DNA from: an uncultured virus (IMG/VR IMGVR_UViG_3300027806_000040) | Taxonomy: Duplodnaviria > Heunggongvirae > Uroviricota > Caudoviricetes | Strand: one strand, 5' to 3' | DNA: 20,000 nt | IMG/VR virus record: IMGVR_UViG_3300027806_000040 | Shown here: positions 1-6,347 of the stretch, piece after piece | Numbering within the stretch: position 1 is the stretch's first letter | Layout of the letters: every line of letters starts with the position of its first letter | Made by a program: the position numbers and the translations under genes | Notes under the pieces: model-generated | Told to the model about the DNA's origin: nothing | The model's database searches: none | The model's input: only the letters and a program-made list of their open reading frames with translations

Positions 1-1
1 C

Positions 2-589
2 GAGATACCAGAGAAGGGGTCGGCATACGCTGCCGGGCTAGAGTGCATGAAAGTGTACGAAGCTGATGGTGGTTGGGCAGAACTCTTACGGCTCATTGGT
101 GGTCGGCCCTTTGACGTTGGGGTTGATAAGAAGGTTGAGATCAATGGCGTCTGGTTCCGGATTAAACCTGACCTAGTGATAGATGGATGGTTGGTACTGG
201 ACTGGAAGGTCTCAGGCTACTGTTCGTCGGCATCGCCGCAACCCGGCTACCTTGGACACAAGGACTGCATGCTGGGTTATCATGAGGGTATTATGTGTGA
301 TGTATCTGGTCAGCTGTGGCGTAAACGCGACTGGGCGTTACAGCTATTGTTGTACTCTTGGGGCATGGTTGGGGAGGTTACCGATAAGGCCCTTGGGTGC
401 ATCGATCAGTTGTCGTTCCGTAGCGGCAAAGGTAGGTACACGGCTATTCGTTCTGTGCTTGATGCCCGTGATATTTGGGCCAAGATTGAGGAACTGATGG
501 CTTGGGAAGTACCGGACGAAGATGTTACGGCTATGGACAACATGAAGGCACTTTCACCCGAATGGAGAGATTTACTAGGTCGTGCATAA
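2..589 (+). CDS. PD-(D/E)XK nuclease family protein (RecB/Cas4-like exonuclease), probably 5'-truncated by the window edge
   Basis: The frame is open from position 2, upstream of ATG 47. KPDLVI...LVLDWKVSG...WALQLLLY matches the PD...(D/E)xK and QLxxY signatures of RecB-family nucleases. Confidence 0.75.
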   Translation, partial: EIPEKGSAYAAGLECMKVYEADGGWAELLRLIGGRPFDVGVDKKVEINGVWFRIKPDLVIDGWLVLDWKVSGYCSSASPQPGYLGHKDCMLGYHEGIMCDVSGQLWRKRDWALQLLLYSWGMVGEVTDKALGCIDQLSFRSGKGRYTAIRSVLDARDIWAKIEELMAWEVPDEDVTAMDNMKALSPEWRDLLGRA

Positions 590-591
590 TT

Positions 592-620
592 TTGGGCAAA
601 AGTTCATTTTTTCGTAAAAT
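592..620 (+). promoter_or_regulatory. Possible sigma70 promoter
   Basis: TTGGGC (592-597), 17-bp spacer, TAAAAT (615-620). The predicted start near 627 coincides with the first 28-bp palindrome. Confidence 0.35.
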
Positions 621-626
621 GATACT

Positions 627-654
627 TTCACGAAATTGGTACGAAAAACGTGAA
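627..654. repeat. 28-bp quasi-palindromic site, copy 1 (operator or parS-like)
   Basis: TTCACG AAATTG GTAC GAAAAA CGTGAA. Confidence 0.85.
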
Positions 655-687
655 TAAATGGTTCAATAGAGCCACGAACTGGAGGAA

Positions 688-785
688 TGGCCCAGAGGAC
701 CAAGGGAGCTATGAACTAGCGTCCTTGGTCCCACTGGTGCAACGTGGGAAGGTGCTAGGGTCACTAGCTACCCGGTTGCAGGCCA
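688..785 (+). other. Branched hairpin element, candidate structured ncRNA or ssDNA structure
   Basis: Nested complementary segments: TGGCC(688-692)/GGCCA(781-785), GGACCAAGG(697-705)/CCTTGGTCC(723-731) with inner GCTA/TAGC, and TGCAAC(738-743)/GTTGCA(775-780) with inner GCTAG/CTAGC. No substantial ORF. Confidence 0.45.
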
Positions 786-830
786 AAACCGGAAAATAAC
801 GAAAAACATCTAACAATAGGGAGCGTATTT

Positions 831-855
831 ATATTGGAATCTTAAATTCCAATAT
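831..855. repeat. Perfect AT-rich 10-bp inverted repeat
   Basis: ATATTGGAAT-CTTAA-ATTCCAATAT. Confidence 0.8.
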
Positions 856-882
856 TTACTATACAAAATAGCAGTTAGGTAA

Positions 883-910
883 TTCACGTTCTTGGTACGA
901 AAAACGTGAA
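883..910. repeat. 28-bp quasi-palindromic site, copy 2
   Basis: TTCACG TTCTTG GTAC GAAAAA CGTGAA. Confidence 0.85.
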
Positions 911-1215
911 TCGTACTTTGAAGATAGTTGCAACACCCTTCGGGTAAAAACAGTAAAGTCGAGCGTCCAAATAATTGTACGCATGGATCGTTGAACCCGC
1001 CCCGGTTTTGCCCTGAAAATGATACCAGAATTTTCGAGAATTGGCTGTAGTAAAAGTCTCAGCCCGCCCTTCCTCGCGCTTAAAACACGCGTATATGGGC
1101 ACCAGCGATCGACCACCCTAGGCCCGTGCAGGCGTACGCACGCGTGCCCGCACACCGTGAGAGCCTGGCGCTTGCGAGAAGTATCATCGAAACTTCGTCC
1201 CGTACGCTCGTATAC

Positions 1216-1290
1216 CTAATGAACGCCTGTACACTAATGAACGCCTGTACACTATGTTCGCCCGTACACCTAGTGAACAGTTGTACACTA
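1216..1290. repeat. 18-bp-period tandem repeat (about 4 units)
   Basis: CTAATGAACGCCTGTACA twice exactly (1216-1251), then degenerate CTATGTTCGCCCGTACAC and CTAGTGAACAGTTGTACA. Confidence 0.85.
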
Positions 1291-1383
1291 ATTGACAATC
1301 ATTTCATGATAAACAATTCACGACAATTGTGTCGTATGTCGCAGGCAATAACACCCCCCATGAGGGTGCGACAATTTGACGCT

Positions 1384-1412
1384 TTGCAAGGCATTTGCCA
1401 TGATGGTATAAT
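1384..1412 (+). promoter_or_regulatory. Near-consensus sigma70 promoter with extended -10
   Basis: TTGCAA (1384-1389), 17-bp spacer, TG-n-TATAAT (TATAAT at 1407-1412). It lies ~55 nt upstream of ATG 1468. Confidence 0.75.
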
Positions 1413-1467
1413 GGAAGGACTGGCCAACGGTGGCCGGGACGAAACCCACTCAAACGGAGCCGACACG

Positions 1468-1695
1468 ATGACCACCCGCAAAGACACAATCGACACAATC
1501 GACCGCCAACTGTTCCGCGTGAACGCTGCATTGTGCGAGATTGACGCACAATCCGAACGTTACGACCGCTTGACCGATTCAGAACTGGCGACACTTCAAA
1601 CCGCCATCGCAGCCCTTGGCGACCTTGCCGCCAAAATTGAAACATACGGCGGCCTCATTTTATTTTCCCGACACTCCGTTGACTTTTACGCATAA
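1468..1695 (+). CDS. Hypothetical 75-aa helical protein (MTTRKDTIDTIDRQL...)
   Basis: This is the 3' part of track ORF 1126..1695. I moved the start to ATG 1468, which follows a GGAG ribosome-binding site and lies downstream of the promoter. The upstream extension only translates tandem repeats. Confidence 0.65.
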   Translation: MTTRKDTIDTIDRQLFRVNAALCEIDAQSERYDRLTDSELATLQTAIAALGDLAAKIETYGGLILFSRHSVDFYA

Positions 1696-1778
1696 GGAGA
1701 ACAGACCGACAAGCAAAAGTATCGTATCATGCCGATTTTAGTTTTTGACGATTTTCACCATTCCAAAGGAAAAGTATC

Positions 1779-2915
1779 ATGACGAAGAAAAACGCAACCA
1801 AGACGACCGAAACCCACGCCGAGATCACTTGGCTGCCCGTGAGCGAAGTTTACACGGCGACGAAAAACGGCCAGTTTGCCGACAATCTCGGACGCCTAAG
1901 CATCGACGATCAAGGGATTGCAACCTTGGTCGCTTCCATGCTGAAAGCAGCCGAATCCGGCGAGCCTTACCGCTTTTCGGCAGGACCGATCAACGTAGTT
2001 TCGGACCCCGCCACCCCTTCCAGTTTCGACTACTTCCCAGAATTGATAGTCAAAACGCCCAAAGGGGACACTGGCGACAACGAAAAGGAACAATGGACCG
2101 AACACAAGGTAGATCGTGCATCCCTTGTCAAAAAGTGGAGCGAACGCAGCCCCGGTTACCGGGCGATCGACGGCCAACGACGAACGATCGCGGCCTTTAT
2201 TGCATCGGTGATACTTGGGCGAGATTTTCTGCTCCCCTGCGTCGTGCAAACCAACTCGGCAGACTCACTTGAGCGAGTACGCCAGAACGCCCGATCGGGA
2301 CAACGTGACTACAGCAAGCAAGAACTGGCATATGCCACCTGCGAGCTGTTTACACGCAAACCGACCGCCACTATGGGCGATATCGCGTCGCTGTTTAACT
2401 GGACAACGATCGCCAGTAGCAGCGGCAAACCGATCCCAGAACGTAACGGGGAACGGCAGCACCTTCTCGCCATTGGGCGGCTTCATTCCCGCAATCCGGG
2501 CTTGAAAATCAAGGACCGGCTTGCCTTGCCGCCAACCGATCCGGATTACATTGACGCAAAGGCCCTCACCCGTGACGCCCTGCCCTTCGTTCTGCAAACG
2601 AAGGAAATCAAGGATGCTGCCGGTAATGACTTCGTTCAGAAGGTAATCGCTCCGATTGCTGGCGAGTATCATCCGGACGCAGACGGACGATTCAGCGAGG
2701 AACAAATTGACGGAATCATCCGCCAGATGCAGAACGGCAGCAAACCGAAGGCGACTACCATCGCCCCGGACAAGTGGCGAGCGATCGTAAACAATATGCC
2801 CGCCGGGTGTCTGCCTGCCATGATAGCGGCCGCTCACCTTGCAGGCGATGAAACCCGATTGCTTGATGCATTGGCAGCCGTGACCGCATTGGAGAACGCC
2901 GCCAAGATCAAATAG
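1779..2915 (+). CDS. Divergent ParB/Spo0J-family protein (ParB/Srx CTPase domain plus probable HTH)
   Basis: ParB motifs occur in the expected order: WLPVSEV, DNLGR..IDDQGIATLVASM, GPINVV, GYRAIDGQRRTIAA (GxRRxxA, Box II), LPCVV, RQNARSGQRDYSKQELAYA (ENxxRxDL-like) and HTH-like TMGDIASLF. AAAGGA ribosome-binding site upstream. Confidence 0.75.
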   Translation: MTKKNATKTTETHAEITWLPVSEVYTATKNGQFADNLGRLSIDDQGIATLVASMLKAAESGEPYRFSAGPINVVSDPATPSSFDYFPELIVKTPKGDTGDNEKEQWTEHKVDRASLVKKWSERSPGYRAIDGQRRTIAAFIASVILGRDFLLPCVVQTNSADSLERVRQNARSGQRDYSKQELAYATCELFTRKPTATMGDIASLFNWTTIASSSGKPIPERNGERQHLLAIGRLHSRNPGLKIKDRLALPPTDPDYIDAKALTRDALPFVLQTKEIKDAAGNDFVQKVIAPIAGEYHPDADGRFSEEQIDGIIRQMQNGSKPKATTIAPDKWRAIVNNMPAGCLPAMIAAAHLAGDETRLLDALAAVTALENAAKIK

Positions 2916-2943
2916 GCCAAGATTCTACAACTTGAAAACCTAG

Positions 2944-2993
2944 ACCCTCCCCAGTCTGCCCTTAATAAAGCAGGCCGGGGAGGGTTATTTTTT
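2944..2993 (+). terminator. Rho-independent terminator downstream of the parB-like gene
   Basis: ACCCTCCCC..TCTGC / GCAGG..GGGGAGGGT stem followed by TATTTTTT. Confidence 0.7.
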
Positions 2994-3017
2994 GGGTCAA
3001 ATGACCCAAATTTTTTT
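2991..3017 (+). terminator. Second tandem terminator
   Basis: TTTGGGTC-AAAT-GACCCAAA followed by seven T. Confidence 0.65.
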
Positions 3018-3047
3018 CCTACGGCATGACACCAGTACCCACTTGCA

Positions 3048-3170
3048 AAGGCACAAGATTCTAGGAACAACGATCCAAATAAATTAAGGCACAAGATTCT
3101 AGGGACGAGGTTACAAAGGCACAAGATTCTAGGGACGACGATCCATACCGCCCAAAGACACAAGATTCTA
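3048..3170. repeat. Direct repeat array AAGGCACAAGATTCTAGG (4 units, variable spacing)
   Basis: The core CAAGATTCTA occurs at 3054, 3092, 3122 and 3161 (periods 38, 30, 39). A fifth core copy is at 2918, just after the parB stop. Confidence 0.85.
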
Positions 3171-3224
3171 ACACAATGATACATACCCGTGGGAGGGTTA
3201 AACACTTTTGCCTAGAAACCATTA

Positions 3225-3252
3225 TTCACGTATTTGGTACGAAAAGTATGAA
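3225..3252. repeat. 28-bp quasi-palindromic site, copy 3
   Basis: TTCACG TATTTG GTAC GAAAAG TATGAA. Confidence 0.8.
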
Positions 3253-3295
3253 CTATTTTTTCGACTTGTGACGTTAGTATAGTGGAAGGCCTCCC

Positions 3296-3323
3296 ATCAC
3301 AGTTTTGGTACGAAAAACATGAA
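3296..3323. repeat. 28-bp quasi-palindromic site, copy 4, overlapping the ATG at 3319
   Basis: ATCACA GTTTTG GTAC GAAAAA CATGAA. Confidence 0.8.
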
Positions 3324-3906
3324 TCGCCAGTTATACGAAGCAGAGCCGCATGATGATATGCGGTGCAAAGGAGCCGGGACAGGTGCCGAAGGGCAATGCC
3401 GGTATCTTTCGATGAAAGGTATGATTCGTGAAGGTTTCTTGGAAGATGAACCAAGCAATCATCAAGACTATTGCCCAAAGCATGGTAAGACCCGTGCAAT
3501 GGCTCAACAAAAGAAAGAGTATCATGACTACCTTTCTGGGGTGTGGCAATTAGAGCTTGAGAAATTTGCTTCCTCAGACAAAGTTAAGTCACTTCGCGGC
3601 GAACTTGGTGTCTTGCGTCTTTTGGTTCAAAAGACCTTGGAAAAGTGCCAAACGTCAGATGACTTGCTCATGTATTCGACCAAGCTATCATCCTTGGCGA
3701 TGCAGATTGAGAAGCTCGTTGTGTCGTGCGACAAGCTCGAAGTCAGAATGGGTGAACTGTTGACCCGTGAGGTTGCACTCAATTTTGCTTCCTCTATCAT
3801 TGCAATCCTGCAAGAACAAATCAAAGACGAAATGGTCATTGACCAAATTGCCACCAAGATACTTGCGTCCTTCAAAGATATGTCCAATAAGGAGTTGACA
3901 CTGTGA
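3319..3906 (+). CDS. Probable terminase small subunit-like protein with an N-terminal Cys/His (HGGxSTG-like) zinc-binding region
   Basis: RC...GQC...YCPKHG pattern followed by a helical region (SLRGELGVLRLLV...). It is the first gene of a long co-directional run. Confidence 0.45.
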   Translation: MNRQLYEAEPHDDMRCKGAGTGAEGQCRYLSMKGMIREGFLEDEPSNHQDYCPKHGKTRAMAQQKKEYHDYLSGVWQLELEKFASSDKVKSLRGELGVLRLLVQKTLEKCQTSDDLLMYSTKLSSLAMQIEKLVVSCDKLEVRMGELLTREVALNFASSIIAILQEQIKDEMVIDQIATKILASFKDMSNKELTL

Positions 3907-4154
3907 ACGTGATTCAAATTCTCACTCTGATCCTCCAGTACAAAGACGAGATCATTGAGCTGATTAAGCTCATCGAACGTCTCTTTGCTGAGCAACCTTA
4001 CGCTTCCACCGCCGAACTCGCGGCCCAAGTCCAACAAGAATACCCAACCTTGGCGAAGGGTAACTTGCTCGAACTCATTGAGTTCCTGCTGCAAAACAAA
4101 GACAGTATCATTGAGTTGATTGACTACATCAAGTCCTTGTTCAAAGGTAACTGA
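3903..4154 (+). CDS. Small protein with two repeated amphipathic helices
   Basis: The GTG start overlaps the upstream TGA. Internal repeat ILQYKDEIIELIKLIERLF / LLQNKDSIIELIDYIKSLF. Confidence 0.8.
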   Translation: MNVIQILTLILQYKDEIIELIKLIERLFAEQPYASTAELAAQVQQEYPTLAKGNLLELIEFLLQNKDSIIELIDYIKSLFKGN

Positions 4155-4156
4155 TC

Positions 4157-4858
4157 ATGTTCCGATGCTTCTTCCTCCTTTTGTTACTGGTTACGAGCTA
4201 CGCCACGGCTCAGGATGCTACAGTAACAAAGACTCGTACGCTCCTGAACGTTACCGCTCCCCGTATCATTGGCAACCGTTTGTTTGTTGGCCAAGATACT
4301 CAAGACGTTCGGGCCGTTGATTCGTTCCTTCTAACCTACCCAACGGGTTATAAGGTCGAACGCGTACGGGTTAAGAAAAATGGTACCAAGGCTGAGGGTA
4401 TCATTATTTCCGAGGATGCCGGGAACCGTGTCTTGCTCTACACGGAACCGGGAACCTACTCCATCGACGTTATTCTCTTGGACCTAGAGAAAGGAACCGT
4501 CGATTTGGAGGAAGAAGTGGTTTTGGGATCGGGGCCGGGACCGCTGCCGCCCGGCCCCGACCCTGAACCAGAGCCGGAACCTGAACCAGAGCCCACGCCA
4601 CCCGGCCCATTCAACAATATTGCTCAGCGAGTATCAAAAGTCAAAGTTCAGGATCGTACGCTCTGGAAAGCAACGATCCAATCTCTCGTCGCCAAGATGA
4701 CAGATTTCAGTATCAAAACAGAGCAAGGTATCAAGACTCACTTATCAATTCTTGCCGACAAAGAAATGAAAGAATTGATAGCAAACGAACCATCGGCCCA
4801 AAGCCTTGGTTGGCAAGACCGAATCAAGTTTTTCCAAGAAGTTCTTAAGGGGTTGTAA
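4157..4858 (+). CDS. Exported protein: signal peptide, beta-rich (Ig/PKD-like) domain, Pro/Glu linker, helical C-terminal domain
   Basis: MFRCFFLLLLLVTSYATA is a Sec-type signal. YTEPGTYSIDV is a PKD-like motif. GPGPLPPGPDPEPEPEPEPEPTPPGP is the linker. Confidence 0.7.
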   Translation: MFRCFFLLLLLVTSYATAQDATVTKTRTLLNVTAPRIIGNRLFVGQDTQDVRAVDSFLLTYPTGYKVERVRVKKNGTKAEGIIISEDAGNRVLLYTEPGTYSIDVILLDLEKGTVDLEEEVVLGSGPGPLPPGPDPEPEPEPEPEPTPPGPFNNIAQRVSKVKVQDRTLWKATIQSLVAKMTDFSIKTEQGIKTHLSILADKEMKELIANEPSAQSLGWQDRIKFFQEVLKGL

Positions 4859-4859
4859 G

Positions 4860-5864
4860 ATGTCAATGTTCGGCTGGGGACTCCCGTCCCAAACACTCCA
4901 AGAGAAAATTGATGCAGAACGTCGGGAACGGGAAGCCTTGGAGCTTCTTGTTCCTGACCGTATGTGTCACCATGATAATCGGGCCGTTGCGAATGACCAA
5001 TTGCTGGCTGAAGTCAAGCAGATTCAACAAGCCAACGGTATTGATGATGGCTTCTGCTTCTTGTACCTCATTGAAGCAATCTGGGGTTTCCAGTTCGAGT
5101 GGCTCCCACAACTCATTGGTTCGTGTGTCGCGTCCGGTGATATGCGAACGACTGCCTACCGCATGGCGGCGGAGGTTTTTCTGCTCAATCAACCGGAGAG
5201 TATCTTCGGTGATAAAATTGTTGGACCAATGAACCTTGCTCCTTTCGCTCCGTACAATTACCGTATGGGTCGAGATGCAGCAGGGATCAACGGTTCCAGT
5301 GACGGCTCGCTGTGTCTACCACACATCAAAGGGAAGATGAAGTACGGTCATCTCCCTTGCTCTACTCCTGGACTTGTAAGCGACGCCTTTCCGGAACCGC
5401 AAGACATGCCTCTCTACCGTCGCTGGGGAGCAGGCAACACGCTGGCCAGTCAGTATCATTCTGTCGCCAGCCAATATGTGTTGGAAGAATCGGAGAATGT
5501 CAAGACTGTTGATACTGGCATCACTCTGATCAATCAGTTTAAGCCACAGAACAATTGTTCAGGTTTCGCTTTCAAGAAGCGAGGCCCGATTCCTGGTTGG
5601 AAGCTAGCCGATGGGTCACAAGTTGACCTCTGGACAATTGATCCAGCCAACTCATGGCAACATAACATGAGTATCATTGGGTATGTGACCGTTAAGGGCA
5701 CAATGTACGAGATTTGGGAAAACTCATGGGGCAAGTATCACAGCAACCGCCGTTGGTTCCCAATTTCGATGGACGATGCCGCTCGCGTAGTTGCTCGCTC
5801 GGAACGACAATCCGTTGGCGAAATGAATCTCACGAACACTGGACCAGCATGGCCGGAGGAATAA
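4860..5864 (+). CDS. Papain-like C1 family cysteine peptidase
   Basis: Catalytic motifs occur in order: Q-LIGS-C (oxyanion Gln and nucleophile Cys), WQ-H-NMSIIGY (His) and IWE-N-SWG (Asn). The start is placed at ATG 4860, 1 nt after the upstream stop. Confidence 0.8.
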   Translation: MSMFGWGLPSQTLQEKIDAERREREALELLVPDRMCHHDNRAVANDQLLAEVKQIQQANGIDDGFCFLYLIEAIWGFQFEWLPQLIGSCVASGDMRTTAYRMAAEVFLLNQPESIFGDKIVGPMNLAPFAPYNYRMGRDAAGINGSSDGSLCLPHIKGKMKYGHLPCSTPGLVSDAFPEPQDMPLYRRWGAGNTLASQYHSVASQYVLEESENVKTVDTGITLINQFKPQNNCSGFAFKKRGPIPGWKLADGSQVDLWTIDPANSWQHNMSIIGYVTVKGTMYEIWENSWGKYHSNRRWFPISMDDAARVVARSERQSVGEMNLTNTGPAWPEE

Positions 5865-5865
5865 C

Positions 5866-6240
5866 ATGGAAGATGGTTGGGCAAAGTGGTTGGAAAATCA
5901 AGGCCCATTATGGGTCATTTATTCCCTAACAATTGTTGGAATTGTAACACTTGTACGTCAATTATTCAAATATTTGCCGATTTTATTTGACAAACATTTG
6001 GCTTTACTCGAACGGACAACTGATTCAGTATCAAAGTCGTCGGAAGCCATTGTGAAACTAACTGCGGCAGTAGAAGATAATACTTTTGAAGTGAATCGAC
6101 AACAAATTCACATCTCTGATGCTGCCAGACCTTTCGCCAAGGCAATGGTTGCAATGGCCAATGCTGAAAGTAAAGACGATGTTCGTCAACACTTGAACGA
6201 AATGGAAAATATTCTGTCTCGAATGAAGAATGTAAATTAG
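5866..6240 (+). CDS. Holin-like single-TM membrane protein with a coiled-coil C-terminus
   Basis: The N-terminal QGPLWVIYSLTIVGIVTLV hydrophobic segment resembles BhlA/UviB-type holins. It has a GGAGGA ribosome-binding site and directly follows the peptidase. Confidence 0.5.
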   Translation: MEDGWAKWLENQGPLWVIYSLTIVGIVTLVRQLFKYLPILFDKHLALLERTTDSVSKSSEAIVKLTAAVEDNTFEVNRQQIHISDAARPFAKAMVAMANAESKDDVRQHLNEMENILSRMKNVN

Positions 6241-6347
6241 GTGGACCTGCAATACAACCCGAAGATATTAACTTGACACGGGTTTTGATAAACACTTCAA
6301 TAAGATTGTTTCAGAATAGCTGGCAACTTTCACCCCACAGGTCGTAA

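Noticed and set aside
627..654. dif/Xer recombination site, based on its 28-bp length
   Set aside because: It does not resemble the XerC/XerD arms (no TTATGTTAAA-like half) and its symmetry is 6-16-6 rather than 11-6-11.
1126..1467. N-terminal extension of track ORF 1126..1695
   Set aside because: It translates tandem repeats (LMNACT twice) and spans the promoter. The better start is 1468.
3048..3170. Mini CRISPR array, given the nearby Cas4-like nuclease
   Set aside because: The repeats are only 16-18 bp. The spacers are short (about 12-21 nt), unequal and related to one another. No cas operon is present, and solo PD-(D/E)XK nucleases are common in phages.
6174..6347. Open frame in phase with the fibre gene, suggesting frameshift or readthrough from the holin-like gene
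   Set aside because: It has no ATG or clear slippery site and ends in TAA directly before the fibre ATG.
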